IMG/VR virus record: IMGVR_UViG_3300028592_000004
Location: 165,211 to 229,210 of that record
Strand: one strand, 5' to 3'
Length of the DNA stretch: 64,000 nt
Position 1 is the first letter of the stretch. Each line of letters begins with the position of its first letter. Below, piece by piece: positions 47,260 through 57,097 of this stretch. Below the pieces are notes generated by a model. The model saw nothing but the letters and a program-made list of their open reading frames with translations. It made no database searches and had not been told where the DNA came from. Made by a program: the position numbers and the translations under genes.

Positions 47260-47820
47260 TCATTTCGGATTGAGCTTGGCGTAGAGCTCGTCAAGACGCT
47301 TCTGAAGATGACCGGCTTTGATCAACTGGTGCAGCCGCTGTCGGGTGAACCCCAATAGCGCCTGGCAACGCTTACCGGAAACCAGCTCGGGACCGAACCG
47401 CCACATCTTATGACTTGGGCTATCGCTGAGAACCCAGTTATCCGGACCCAACGGCTGATCAGGATCTCGCTTCCGCAGATAGCGATTTGGTGGCAACGGA
47501 CCAACGACGGCAAAGAACGCCTTGAAGGACGCCTGCCATTCTGGAACCATCAAGTGACGGTGGTTATTCCAACCAGAATAAGTATGCCGATCCTTCGACG
47601 TGGGGTTGCCGCGATTAGAGACGCACCCACAAGACTTCTGAACGTAAAGCGCGGTCCGAGTTACGTCAAACTCCTTACCGCACTTCGGGCACCGACAAGC
47701 GTAGACAGCGATGTTCCGAACGAAGCCCAAATGCCGTAGGACCTCAATTCCAGTCGCGGTTGTCTGGCCTGAGATGTCTTTGAACCTGGTCCCCTTAGCG
47801 GGGCGAGGATCGATTTCCAT
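47260..47820 (-). CDS. Degenerate HNH homing-endonuclease-like protein
   Basis: CRCPKCG, KSCGC, VPEW.ASFKAF; HNH active-site segment altered. Confidence 0.6.
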   Translation of the reverse strand: MEIDPRPAKGTRFKDISGQTTATGIEVLRHLGFVRNIAVYACRCPKCGKEFDVTRTALYVQKSCGCVSNRGNPTSKDRHTYSGWNNHRHLMVPEWQASFKAFFAVVGPLPPNRYLRKRDPDQPLGPDNWVLSDSPSHKMWRFGPELVSGKRCQALLGFTRQRLHQLIKAGHLQKRLDELYAKLNPK

Positions 47821-47826
47821 AGGTCC

Positions 47827-48219
47827 TCAGCCCGAAACGGGCCAGTCAGTGGTGACGGAAAAGCCGCGGTCTGCGGCGAACGCCTCAACGATCGCGAACT
47901 TGGGATCCGGGCCGACAAAGCCGAGAACCTTGACGAAACGTCGGGAGCCGCGGGCGAGATCAGTGAAATCCTTCACGTACGAACGGAGACCTTTGTACTT
48001 AATCCCGAGCCGCTGCAGCAGATCTCGTACGGCCTCCTTCGTTTCCTTCGCATCAGTCCTCGGAGTGTCAAGCCGGGCGCCTTCAAGAGACAGCTTGAGG
48101 CCGACCACCTCCAATGCGGACCGGAGCTTACCGGGATCGACTTTGTAGGTCGAGCCCGGGTGGTGCAGTTGGACGTCGTCTGAGAGCATCAGACAGAGAA
48201 GTTCGATGCGATCTGTCAT
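47827..48219 (-). CDS. Hypothetical protein
   Basis: Start moved to MTDRI (ATGA overlap). Confidence 0.6.
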   Translation of the reverse strand: MTDRIELLCLMLSDDVQLHHPGSTYKVDPGKLRSALEVVGLKLSLEGARLDTPRTDAKETKEAVRDLLQRLGIKYKGLRSYVKDFTDLARGSRRFVKVLGFVGPDPKFAIVEAFAADRGFSVTTDWPVSG

Positions 48220-48404
48220 CGGCACAGGCTCACAATGAAGAGCAGAGGGATGAGGAACAGCAGCCAAATGTGAATCAGCGCGTTCCACCGGAAAAGCTCG
48301 CGACCCTGCGGTGTCACGTTGTCGCCAACAATGGCCCACAGCAGGAAAAGGAATATCTGGAAGAGGAGATCCGCTCCCGCAAACCAGTTGAGGAACGTGG
48401 TCAT
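48216..48404 (-). CDS. Small membrane protein
   Basis: Two TM helices; ATGA overlaps at both ends. Confidence 0.6.
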   Translation of the reverse strand: MTTFLNWFAGADLLFQIFLFLLWAIVGDNVTPQGRELFRWNALIHIWLLFLIPLLFIVSLCR

Positions 48405-48598
48405 TCCAGGAACTTCCCGTGGGGTAAGGCGGCGGAAAACTCCCAAGCGTCGTACGGCTCGCCGTCGTCGTCCCGCTTCGTGCGTGCGAGGGCGTCAACG
48501 TCATAGTCACGAACTTCGACGACGAGATCGTCCGGGAGGTTTCGAATCTCCTGAACTGCTCCGTGCTTGACCACCACGGTTATGCTTGGGTTTGACAT
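48401..48598 (-). CDS. Hypothetical protein (65 aa)
   Basis: ITVVVKHGAVQ...VEVRDYD small phage protein pattern. Confidence 0.65.
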   Translation of the reverse strand: MSNPSITVVVKHGAVQEIRNLPDDLVVEVRDYDVDALARTKRDDDGEPYDAWEFSAALPHGKFLE

Positions 48599-48959
48599 CG
48601 TGCTTCGATCCTAGAGGTTGACTGTGGTATTCCTCGATCGTGAATGGTGCGATCGTCGCATCGTCCGTGATCTTCATCGCGAACTCGGCAGCCTGCTGTT
48701 TCTCTTCGTCGTGAAACCGCTTCAGAACGGAACGTCCGTAGCGAAGGGCGCCGATGCAGTGGTTGCCGTGCTCCAGCACGGCGTCATCGTCGAGTCCGAG
48801 CTGCTTGAGCCGCGGGATATCGACGTGGCAGATCATGTCTCCATCGTGATGAACGATGTTGTGCAGATCCTGAGGCGTCAGAGGGCCGAGCCAGCCGCGA
48901 GGAGCGCCCTGGCGAAAGGGACACTCCTGGCACATGCGCAGCCGATCGTATCGAGGCAT
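48507..48959 (-). CDS. Cys-rich protein (CxxCPF...CH...CIG, DUF6283-like)
   Basis: Start moved to MPRYD (RBS AGGAG). Confidence 0.65.
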   Translation of the reverse strand: MPRYDRLRMCQECPFRQGAPRGWLGPLTPQDLHNIVHHDGDMICHVDIPRLKQLGLDDDAVLEHGNHCIGALRYGRSVLKRFHDEEKQQAAEFAMKITDDATIAPFTIEEYHSQPLGSKHDVKPKHNRGGQARSSSGDSKPPGRSRRRSS

Positions 48960-48966
48960 ACTGCTC

Positions 48967-49881
48967 CTAGTGAATGTCGAGCGCACGGGCGTGATCCGCG
49001 TGCATGATCTCGTGCGGAATGGCGCGGCGGGCCAGATCGAGAATGGCATCCAGCGGAAGCCGCTCGTCGATCTCCGCCTCAGCGACAGAGCCCCACTTCG
49101 ATTCGTACCAGACATCTCCACGCCACTGAGCGCGGACACCGCCTACGAAGAGGGCATAGAAGCCAGGCTGGACGGGTACGGCGACCCAGGTTGTTTCGCC
49201 GGCGAACTGCCGGAGCTGGTTGTGATTTCGCCACTTGTAGGTGTACTGGTCTTCCGGCAGCGACGGCTTGTAGCGGTCAGACGTACGCCCGAAGAACAGA
49301 CTGCCACGAGGAGAGATCCCTAGCAGCATCAGGTCAGGATCGGACTGCGGAAAATCGATCACGGGTTGCAGCAGGATCGTCTTGATCCGGGCCGCGTGCT
49401 TTCGGGTCCGCTCTCGCAGCCGCTTGTAGAGCAGCTCGTAGCGATCCGGCCAGCACCGTCGCCAAAGAACCCAAGCATGCTTCGGCAGAGACGTCCGGCT
49501 GCACCGCGAGAAGAAGAACGCAATCCGGCGCTTCTTTCCGCGGGTGAACCAGGCCATGTAGAAGTGCATCCGGCGGTGTCGGTCTTTGTGAGAGAAGCTG
49601 TACTCCTCTGGAAACCGAACGGCGAAGCCGTAGATCACACCGGAAGGCGAAAACGCCTGATCCGCGTACCGGGCCAGTATGCCGTTGATCTGGCCGTCAG
49701 TCGGCCGTTGCGACGGCGGAATAAGACGCTGGATCTCCTGCAGCCGATACTTGCGCTGAAGGTAGGACGGATCCGTCAGCTTCCAGGTCTTCTCGACAAG
49801 CACCTTCAGCCGGTTGTAGACCTGAGGGTGCATCCCGGCCGTCCGATTCCGACCGACCTGCTTCTTACGACCCCTGGGCAC
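48967..49881 (-). CDS. Hypothetical basic protein
   Basis: 304-aa ORF, RBS GGAGG. Confidence 0.7.
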   Translation of the reverse strand: MPRGRKKQVGRNRTAGMHPQVYNRLKVLVEKTWKLTDPSYLQRKYRLQEIQRLIPPSQRPTDGQINGILARYADQAFSPSGVIYGFAVRFPEEYSFSHKDRHRRMHFYMAWFTRGKKRRIAFFFSRCSRTSLPKHAWVLWRRCWPDRYELLYKRLRERTRKHAARIKTILLQPVIDFPQSDPDLMLLGISPRGSLFFGRTSDRYKPSLPEDQYTYKWRNHNQLRQFAGETTWVAVPVQPGFYALFVGGVRAQWRGDVWYESKWGSVAEAEIDERLPLDAILDLARRAIPHEIMHADHARALDIH

Positions 49882-50128
49882 GAAACGCCTCCACCAGCTG
49901 CATCAGCTCTTCGAATCGCTCGTCGTCGATGTCCGGGTCCCACGCTCTCCAGATCGTCTTGGTCTGGAAGTACGTGAAAACGTGCCGCTTCATGTCGTGG
50001 CGAACGCCAGAGACCATGAACTCGGCGGCGAGCTTTGCGACTTGTTCAGCATCCGTGTCGGCCATCCGGTTGGCGTGACGGACATTGCGTGCATACCGCG
50101 TCTCTAAGACGACTTCCGGCTGATCCAT
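49865..50128 (-). CDS. Hypothetical protein
   Basis: Start moved to MDQPE. Confidence 0.55.
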   Translation of the reverse strand: MDQPEVVLETRYARNVRHANRMADTDAEQVAKLAAEFMVSGVRHDMKRHVFTYFQTKTIWRAWDPDIDDERFEELMQLVEAFRAQGS

Positions 50129-50129
50129 G

Positions 50130-50765
50130 TCAGATCCGATAAACAGGCGAATGCTCGTCCGGCTTCGCAAACAGCTCCGGCCGCTTGTGCTCGTACAGAT
50201 TCTTCGGCCAAACCGCGATCACAGTCCGACCACTGCCCTCGTAGGCGTTGTTGACTGCCTCTGTCAGTGCTGCACTGGAGCTCACGTTTGTCAGGTAGTC
50301 CTTCGAGCCCTGGATGATCGCCGGCTCCAGGTTGATACTGCATGACAACTCGGTGTCCTGTACCACCAGAATGCAGTAGTCCTGGTGGTGACCATCCGGC
50401 GCTTCGAGCAGGGCTGTATCGTCGTCCAGCCGCTCAAAATGGATCTGCCCATTCAGGATCGACAGCCGGATCGCAGAGGCTGGACCGTCCGCATGAACAA
50501 GGATAACGTCCTTGCCATCCGGCGAATCGAAGACCCCACCGCCGTACAGTTCCGTGAAACTGTCGGCACCTCTCTCCTCGACGGGATAGTGCGGCTTCTT
50601 GGCTGCAGGCGGGGACACCACCTTCTTTTCTTTCAGCACCTGCGAACTCGTGCCTCGCGGCCTGCCCTTCGGCCAACCGCCGCGGCGTCGCGGTTTGCGT
50701 TCTTCAACTTCATCCAGGTCGTACGACTCCTTCGCACGAACCGTGGTTGCTTTCCTTTTGGCCAT
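50130..50765 (-). CDS. Hypothetical protein with AT-hook-like basic N-terminus
   Basis: RRGGWPKGRPRG; start moved to MAKRK. Confidence 0.6.
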   Translation of the reverse strand: MAKRKATTVRAKESYDLDEVEERKPRRRGGWPKGRPRGTSSQVLKEKKVVSPPAAKKPHYPVEERGADSFTELYGGGVFDSPDGKDVILVHADGPASAIRLSILNGQIHFERLDDDTALLEAPDGHHQDYCILVVQDTELSCSINLEPAIIQGSKDYLTNVSSSAALTEAVNNAYEGSGRTVIAVWPKNLYEHKRPELFAKPDEHSPVYRI

Positions 50766-50772
50766 GACCTTC

Positions 50773-51225
50773 TCAATACGAATGGAGATGCTCATTCCGC
50801 GGCCGGTTGCAGTGATCGACGTCGGCCAGCGTGGAGTTGAGCGGAAAATGCGTGATGTGCCCGCAACAGTCGTGATCGCGGTAGTAGCCCTTCTCGTCGC
50901 TCCACCTCTCCCTCGGGAGGAAGCGATGATCGACAACGAACCCGCGATACTTCCGGCGGAAGTAGATCATGTACGTCACCCAGATCGAGTTGGCGATCGT
51001 GACGTTGAGGGCGCCGACGGCACTGAACCACGCCCGGTAGCTCGGGTAGTAGATGAAGACGTTCCAGTAGCCCCAGGCAGTGAAAAAAGCGATCGGAAAG
51101 ATCGAGATTCCCTTCAGCACCTTGTCTCTTCGGATCTGGCGAATGTTCAACCAGACCAGACAGCCACCGACGATTTCAAACAGCCCGTTTGTAAAGTCCA
51201 GCCAGCTCACGATGCCTCCGAGCAT
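50773..51225 (-). CDS. Three-TM membrane protein (PQ-loop-like)
   Basis: Three hydrophobic helices, K..KGIS motif. Confidence 0.65.
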   Translation of the reverse strand: MLGGIVSWLDFTNGLFEIVGGCLVWLNIRQIRRDKVLKGISIFPIAFFTAWGYWNVFIYYPSYRAWFSAVGALNVTIANSIWVTYMIYFRRKYRGFVVDHRFLPRERWSDEKGYYRDHDCCGHITHFPLNSTLADVDHCNRPRNEHLHSY

Positions 51226-51455
51226 CAAGCGTTGTCCCCGTCCGGGACGAGAAGCCCAGGTTCGTCCTCGGGCTCGACCCATTCTGTCGGGTGGACGTCG
51301 AACTCGGCAATCTCAGGGTTGCCGATCTCATCAAGAACGCCCGGCGTCGAAGTCGCCGTGTCGAGTAACTGCCCAAGACAAACCCGGATATCCTCCGGGG
51401 TCGTCTTGGATGGATCAAACGTCACGCCCAGCATGAGCGTGATACTCGTCTTCAT
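51225..51455 (-). CDS. Hypothetical protein
   Basis: Coupled stops and starts. Confidence 0.6.
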   Translation of the reverse strand: MKTSITLMLGVTFDPSKTTPEDIRVCLGQLLDTATSTPGVLDEIGNPEIAEFDVHPTEWVEPEDEPGLLVPDGDNA

Positions 51456-51691
51456 TTGGACCCCGCAAGGGAGCAGTCAGGCTGCTCCAAGAACAAAAGC
51501 GGATCGTCCACAATCGGGTGCGATAGCGCAGCCGGCTTGTTGACGTCCGCTTCGACACTGTCCATGAACTCTCTCTCACTGCGGCTGGACTCGACAGCGT
51601 CGTGTCCGGCCAGCGGCAAGGCGATTAGCGTGACCACAATGACCAGCTCTGCAAACGGAAGGCAGCCCAGGGCTGCCAGAACAGCTTTCAT
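51452..51691 (-). CDS. Small membrane protein
   Basis: RBS GGAGG; hydrophobic N-terminus. Confidence 0.5.
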   Translation of the reverse strand: MKAVLAALGCLPFAELVIVVTLIALPLAGHDAVESSRSEREFMDSVEADVNKPAALSHPIVDDPLLFLEQPDCSLAGSK

Positions 51692-51704
51692 GAGGGCTGC
51701 CTCC

Positions 51705-51734
51705 AAAAGAAAGGGCCTCCCCGAAAGGAGGCCC
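51705..51734 (-). terminator. Intrinsic terminator after the DUF1559 gene
   Basis: GGGCCTCC/GGAGGCCC stem plus TTTCTTTT on the minus strand. Confidence 0.7.
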
Positions 51735-51753
51735 CGGTGCCGGAAAAGGAAAC

Positions 51754-52923
51754 TCAGTTGGTCGACGGGAGGTCGACCTGTTCTCCGTCGTTACGAGCGA
51801 TCAGCTTCGCGATGACGGCGCCGTCGGTGTTCTCGCTCAGGAACCGAACGGCTCCATCAGCGAAGACAGCCTGAGCACCACCCACATGGAAGCTGTAGAT
51901 CTCGTCGTTCGGGCCACAGTTGTTGGTCGTCCACGGGCAACCCGGGGTCGGGCTGGTCGGTCCACCGGTCGGACGATTGTTGTTGTTGATCAGACGATGC
52001 GTCGAACCAGCCTGAGCCGGCGGGCCGGACACACCACTGCCGTTGTCGGGATCAGCCCACCGATTCGGGCACCGGCTGGCCGAGCCCGATCCGGAAGCGT
52101 CCTTGCAGTTGTCCGTGGTCCCACCGTTAGCGGTGGAGGCCAGGTACTTGCTGCGGATCCCGCCGTTGGCAGTGAGGTACTGCTTGCCGGCGTCTTCCGC
52201 GATCGCGACCGTGTTGCTGGTTCCGTCCGTGATCAGACCCATCGCGGTGCCGCCCAGAGACAGAGCTCCATCGCGACGCGAGTTCCGATCCGTGGACGTC
52301 GCCGGATTCCGCCGGCCGAGGGCCACCGTCGTCGCCGAGGTCCCCGTCAGGTCCGTCGACGCGATCACGATGTCGGTGTAGACGGTCGGCATGTAGTCGG
52401 TCTGACCGTACCCCATCTCATCATCGACGTAGACACCGTTGCTCGGGCAGAGCAGGGCGGCGATCTTCGTCTTGGCGGCTTCCCGGTTCCGGTACTGCGG
52501 CGAGGTCGTGACCGTGCTGGCGGCGTTGTAGTGGTACTTCAGGTCCATCGTGTTGTACACGGGCGCCTGATCGAAGTACGGCAGCAGCGACGTGAACGTC
52601 GAATGCGGATCGAACGCCGTGTCGTGCTTCGTGCCCACCCACTGACCGTTGGTGAGGGTCAGCCCCTCGGTCGCCAGCCCGGACGCCTGCGTGGCCGTCC
52701 AGTTCGTTCCTTCCCCACCACTCGGGAACCGCTTGTAGGCGGACTCGTAGTTGTGGAGAGCCAGTCCCATCTGCTTCAAATTGTTCTTGCAGGTGCTGCG
52801 ACGAGCAGCCTCGCGCGCCTGCTGGACCGCTGGCAGCAGGATTGCCACCAGGACTGCGATGATCGCGATGACCACCAGCAGCTCAATCAACGTGAAACCC
52901 CGACGCAAAGAAGAACGTGCCAT
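51754..52923 (-). CDS. DUF1559 protein with prepilin-type N-terminal cleavage/methylation motif and H-X9-DG motif
   Basis: [51 protein letters not shown]; ITDGTSNT; [14 protein letters not shown]. Confidence 0.96.
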   Translation of the reverse strand: MARSSLRRGFTLIELLVVIAIIAVLVAILLPAVQQAREAARRSTCKNNLKQMGLALHNYESAYKRFPSGGEGTNWTATQASGLATEGLTLTNGQWVGTKHDTAFDPHSTFTSLLPYFDQAPVYNTMDLKYHYNAASTVTTSPQYRNREAAKTKIAALLCPSNGVYVDDEMGYGQTDYMPTVYTDIVIASTDLTGTSATTVALGRRNPATSTDRNSRRDGALSLGGTAMGLITDGTSNTVAIAEDAGKQYLTANGGIRSKYLASTANGGTTDNCKDASGSGSASRCPNRWADPDNGSGVSGPPAQAGSTHRLINNNNRPTGGPTSPTPGCPWTTNNCGPNDEIYSFHVGGAQAVFADGAVRFLSENTDGAVIAKLIARNDGEQVDLPSTN

Positions 52924-53037
52924 CGGAAAAACCCTTGGCCTGTCACTCACAGGCAGAGGCCGTCTGAGACGGCGGATGTGGAGCGAATGCTCCAAAACAA
53001 ATGCCAGGAGTATTGCACCCCTGGCACCTGTGACTTG

Positions 53038-53526
53038 TCAACTCGGATCGGCCGCGGCTTTGGCAGCGGTCTTCGGCTGCCAGTTCGGATTCCGCAGCCG
53101 GCGGATCTCTTCGCGAGCCGCGATACCGACAGCCCGCTGGAAGCCCAGCCGGCGCCAGAACGGCTCGTTCTTGCCGAAGTTGTACTTGCCGTGCAGCTCG
53201 GTTCCGTCCGGTCGAACGACCGTGACCGAGGTGAAGCCGCCCTTGGCCGAGACAACCTGGCCGAAGGGAATCATGGAGAGCTGCGGGAAGCCGAAAGGAC
53301 GCTCCCCTCTCCAGACGAGCTTGCCATCGGCCTGAGCCAGTTCGAAGTCGTGACGAGTCATCACGGTATCGAACGTGACCGGCTTGCCTGGATCGGCGAT
53401 CTCGACAGCCACTCCTTCAAGCCGGCGGTAGTGCCGACCCTTGATGAAGTAGCCGTTGTCGAGCAGAAGTTTCACTGTGTTCAATGGATCCTCACGGAAT
53501 GCGAAGTGGTGTGTAGCCAGCGGCAA
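53038..53526 (-). CDS. Hypothetical protein
   Basis: ORF; start uncertain. Confidence 0.6.
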   Translation of the reverse strand: MPLATHHFAFREDPLNTVKLLLDNGYFIKGRHYRRLEGVAVEIADPGKPVTFDTVMTRHDFELAQADGKLVWRGERPFGFPQLSMIPFGQVVSAKGGFTSVTVVRPDGTELHGKYNFGKNEPFWRRLGFQRAVGIAAREEIRRLRNPNWQPKTAAKAAADPS

Positions 53527-53717
53527 TCCGAAATCGGTTGATCCGCTGATAGAGAGCTAACCGGCCGTACTGTTGAGCGAAACGGCGCTGGCAAGCTGAG
53601 ATGTCGGAGCGGTCGTAGGTCCGCTCCCAGAACAGAAGGTAGATTCGGAACATCCGTAGGCTCATACGGCCCTCAGAATGATCCTGTCTTGCATGGCCCA
53701 GACGAAGTCTGCACCGT

Positions 53718-54149
53718 TCACCCAGCTCCCGGTGGAGCAGCGTCAAAGTGTGACTCATTGTCTCCTACCCGAATGCCCCGGTCTTTGAGATACCGGCGGA
53801 GTTTGACTTCCGTGCCTATGAAATAGCCCTTAACGCTGCCGACCATCATGTCCGGTGCGTTTGCGTACAGCGTGTCCAAGGACAACACCACGTCGCGTAG
53901 CAACTCCTGCTCCACAGTCAGACGGGTCAGAGGAACAGCATCCACGCCCTTGGAAGCGCGAACCTGATCCTCGACCCATCGCATCGCCATGAACGTTCGA
54001 TCCGCGACCTTCGTGCGAAAGACGCGAGTCTGAGTTCGTTTCGGGAAGTCGATCGCCGCGGTGACCGTCTTCGGCGTCGTCCAGAGCCGGACAGGAACTC
54101 CAGCCAGCTCGTAAGTTTCGTTTGGTTTCCGAGAAGGCAGTCTGTTCAC
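53718..54149 (-). CDS. Hypothetical protein
   Basis: GTGA overlap. Confidence 0.6.
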   Translation of the reverse strand: MNRLPSRKPNETYELAGVPVRLWTTPKTVTAAIDFPKRTQTRVFRTKVADRTFMAMRWVEDQVRASKGVDAVPLTRLTVEQELLRDVVLSLDTLYANAPDMMVGSVKGYFIGTEVKLRRYLKDRGIRVGDNESHFDAAPPGAG

Positions 54150-54742
54150 GTGAGCCTTTTCACAAAAACGGTTTCGTCCTCGCTGCTGAAGTCCGCGCGG
54201 AACTTTCGCCCCTTACGGACGAAGGTCGCCGACTTCTTGGGTCGACGATCCAGGACGACGACCTCCTCGCCGGTCCATGTCGTCAGGGCGGTGCCTTGGC
54301 CGTGCCGCTTCTGGTAGAAGATGCGGCCCTGACCTACTTCGCAGGTCTCGTCCAAGCCTTTGATCTCGGCTGTGCTGAGGAGCTGGTTGTGAACCTTGGC
54401 CTCCTCCGGCGTCACCGGGACCTGGCCAAAGGTCGAATCGAAGACGAGCCCGGCCTCGTTGTCGAAAAGGAAGCCGAGGTGGTGCCTCGTACCCTCCTGA
54501 ACAAAAGTGAGGAAGCCACCAGTTCGATCGAGCGGAGGAAGCTCTGGAGGTTTAACCCCGGGCAGCCGGCCGATCATAACCGCGTGCGCGATCGTCGTCT
54601 GGCGTCTTCCGGAGGCCGACATCGCGACCCAGCCAGCTTTGGCCTTTTCCAGTGACTCCGTAATGCCGGCGACGGCTTGAAGCTCCTGGATCGCGATCGG
54701 GCCTTGATCGTCATCAAAGACGTTCGGATACGTGTCAGCCAT
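54146..54742 (-). CDS. Hypothetical protein
   Basis: 198-aa ORF, RBS GAGGA. Confidence 0.7.
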   Translation of the reverse strand: MADTYPNVFDDDQGPIAIQELQAVAGITESLEKAKAGWVAMSASGRRQTTIAHAVMIGRLPGVKPPELPPLDRTGGFLTFVQEGTRHHLGFLFDNEAGLVFDSTFGQVPVTPEEAKVHNQLLSTAEIKGLDETCEVGQGRIFYQKRHGQGTALTTWTGEEVVVLDRRPKKSATFVRKGRKFRADFSSEDETVFVKRLT

Positions 54743-54932
54743 GATGGTTCCTCGGGTGAAAGTTGCGGCTCCGCCACACGGCTGGAACCATTGAACCGTG
54801 CGAGTTTAGCCTTAACTCCTGCTATAACCCTGTGATCAAGATGGATGAACTAGCGGGAGCGACTGTCTGTAAGCATGGCCCTTCTGCTGACCTTCCTGCC
54901 GGCGCACCAGTTTCCTACAGGATGTAACGCTC

Positions 54933-55077
54933 GCCAGGGCTGTGGGTGCATTGCCCGGAATCCTGGCCACTTACTCAGCGTTCCACGGGTGGTCCTGAGC
55001 GGCTAGCGCTTCAGGCCTCATCCGTGCTCGCCCCTGGCAGCGGGGCTAGAAACAGAGGTTGATTGTCAGAGCCTCTG
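54933..55077. ncRNA. Structured repeat copy A (putative TnpB/Cas12f-type guide RNA scaffold)
   Basis: Homologous to copies B-D, with compensatory stem changes. Confidence 0.75.
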
Positions 55078-55183
55078 CTCTTGGACTGTTCGGGCTTGAG
55101 TCGAAAATGGCTCGTGCCTGACTGCGACGTACAGCGGCCTGCGCAGCGGAGGAGCGTTTCTGCGTTAATCTGGCCAGCAGGGA

Positions 55184-55253
55184 CCACAACATCAGGATCG
55201 AGACGTGGTGCTAAAGGTCCTCACGTTCTACCGCCACAACATCAGGATCTAGA
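55184..55253. repeat. Direct repeat CCACAACATCAGGATC(G/T)AGA x2, period 50 bp
   Basis: 55184-55203 and 55234-55253, 19/20 identical. Confidence 0.8.
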
Positions 55254-55263
55254 TCCAAACATT

Positions 55264-55408
55264 GCCGGGGCTGTGGACACATTGTCCTGAATCCCGGCCA
55301 CTTACGCAGCGTTCCGCGAGCGGTTCCGAGCGGCGAGCGCATTCAGACCTTACTCGCGCTTGGCCCCGGTGATGGGCCTAGACATCGGGGTTGAAAGTCA
55401 GAGCCCCT
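55264..55408. ncRNA. Structured repeat copy B (putative guide RNA scaffold)
   Basis: As copy A; abuts the stop codon of 55407-55727. Confidence 0.75.
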
Positions 55409-55727
55409 ATTCGGATGCAGCAGCGACTGCCGACTTCTTGGCCTTGTGGCGGATCGCCTGGGTGACCTGGCGCTCCGTCGTGACGATGGCGTGCTTGTGG
55501 CTGGTTCGCATGGCGTCCCAGCGGCCGGCACTGATCCCGACGACAATCGCGTTCGGGTTCTGCTTCTGAACTCGCACGAGCTGCTGCTCAGCGAACTCAG
55601 CATTGCAGAAGATCAGCATCCGCCCCTTCGGATCAACGAAGGGGACCGGCTGCGGATCTGATGGAGTGAAGATGGCCCACCGGATCGAATGCGACCGGTG
55701 GCGAAGAGCGGGTTCAAACTTGGCCAT
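55407..55727 (-). CDS. Hypothetical protein; resembles 61101-61475
   Basis: SIRW...VPFVDPKGRMLI...VGISAGRW vs SIRW...IPFRDAEGKIVV...IGMGAHKW. Confidence 0.7.
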   Translation of the reverse strand: MAKFEPALRHRSHSIRWAIFTPSDPQPVPFVDPKGRMLIFCNAEFAEQQLVRVQKQNPNAIVVGISAGRWDAMRTSHKHAIVTTERQVTQAIRHKAKKSAVAAASE

Positions 55728-55770
55728 GAACTGATCCTTCAGAGGATGGAGTGAACGGAACGCAGCATCG

Positions 55771-56313
55771 TCACTCGGACGGGGCTTGTCCAGGCTCCTC
55801 GTTAGGGAGGTTCGCCTTCACCGCCGCCGCCAGGTTGTCGTAAACGTGGGCAATCCCCTCCGGCGACACGGACGAGAGCAGCACAACACGCTCGCTCATC
55901 CGGACTTCGTCTTCAGGCATGCCGGTCTGATCTTCAGCGTGCGGCAGGAGGAAGAGGATGTACTCCATATCGTCCGGCAGAATCGCCTTGAACGATTCCT
56001 CAACCACGGACGCCCAGTCGTCGCGAGTCTTGGCATCCAACTCGTTCAGGAGCGCCGGCTGACCGTCGTGGCGATAGTGCAGGTGACGTAGATACAGGCC
56101 AGCGTAGTAGATCGACATCAGCCGCGGTGGCAAGCTGCTCACAGTCATCCCGTGGAGCAGCGTCTCGCCAGTGTGCTTCTCGCCCGGTCCCGGCCGCACG
56201 CCGAAATTGAACGAGAAGTCGGTATCGGGCGGGAGCAGGTCAACAACCGCAAGCCGGATCTTTTCACCGAGCTCGCGCTGCTCCTCAGCCGACAGGTCTT
56301 TGAACGATTTCAC
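55771..56313 (-). CDS. Hypothetical protein with internal duplication
   Basis: Two similar halves (..LLPPDTDF..SSLPP / ..ILPDDMEY..SSVSP). Confidence 0.65.
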   Translation of the reverse strand: MKSFKDLSAEEQRELGEKIRLAVVDLLPPDTDFSFNFGVRPGPGEKHTGETLLHGMTVSSLPPRLMSIYYAGLYLRHLHYRHDGQPALLNELDAKTRDDWASVVEESFKAILPDDMEYILFLLPHAEDQTGMPEDEVRMSERVVLLSSVSPEGIAHVYDNLAAAVKANLPNEEPGQAPSE

Positions 56314-56585
56314 AACAAGCCTTTCGTTTTCAGGCGTTCAACGATGAAGGCCTCGCAGTCCTCTCGGGTCGCAGGGCCGAAGATGGATTTACCGAACCAA
56401 GCAGCAGCCTGCTGATCCGACTTAGCAAGCGGATGGGCTGAGCCCCGTTCGACAACGATCGTGCGTCGCGGACTAACGCCGACGACTAGAAGATGGTGTT
56501 TGTTGGCCAGCGCTTCGAGGCGCCGCATCTGCTCCTGGATCTCGGCAATCCGAGCAGACTCAGATGGGGTAAACTCCCGAGCCAT
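56310..56585 (-). CDS. Hypothetical protein
   Basis: Start moved to MAREF (RBS AAGGAG). Confidence 0.6.
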   Translation of the reverse strand: MAREFTPSESARIAEIQEQMRRLEALANKHHLLVVGVSPRRTIVVERGSAHPLAKSDQQAAAWFGKSIFGPATREDCEAFIVERLKTKGLL

Positions 56586-56619
56586 AGACTCCTTTCCGGA
56601 TTCAATACCCGCGGATTGC

Positions 56620-56847
56620 TTATCGAGGAATGATGAAGCCGATCGCAAACCCAAAAAGGAATGCAAACGCCATAAGGCCGTACTCAGACGTATCGGACGT
56701 GATCGGTTTCGGAACAGGCTTGCCCTCATCGCAGAAGGCGCACCACCAATGCTCTGCAGCCAAGTAGTGCGGAGTCGGTTCGATCTGGCAGCCGCAAGGC
56801 TTCCGGACCCACTCAATCGTTGGGGCGTCGATTGTCGTCGCGTCCAT
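56620..56847 (-). CDS. Small Cys-containing protein with C-terminal TM helix
   Basis: Start moved to MDATT (RBS GGAG). Confidence 0.5.
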   Translation of the reverse strand: MDATTIDAPTIEWVRKPCGCQIEPTPHYLAAEHWWCAFCDEGKPVPKPITSDTSEYGLMAFAFLFGFAIGFIIPR

Positions 56848-57097
56848 GCTTAGCTCCGTAGATTGCATCGTGTAATCGGATCGACAGGTACATGGCGGAT
56901 GATGCCCCGCAACCAGCCGAGAACCCGAGGGTCCAGTCGCCCTTGACCACGAGAAAGACCAGGGCGACATCCAGGAACGCCATCAGGAAGGCCGTGACAA
57001 TGACCAGGCGCATGTGTCCGCCGATGACGTTCTTGTACTGGAATCCTTTAAGGAATACAGCCACAAACGACATGACGAACGAAACGAGGTAGATCAC
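56813..57097 (-). CDS. Small membrane protein
   Basis: Three TM helices. Confidence 0.65.
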   Translation of the reverse strand: MIYLVSFVMSFVAVFLKGFQYKNVIGGHMRLVIVTAFLMAFLDVALVFLVVKGDWTLGFSAGCGASSAMYLSIRLHDAIYGAKHGRDDNRRPND

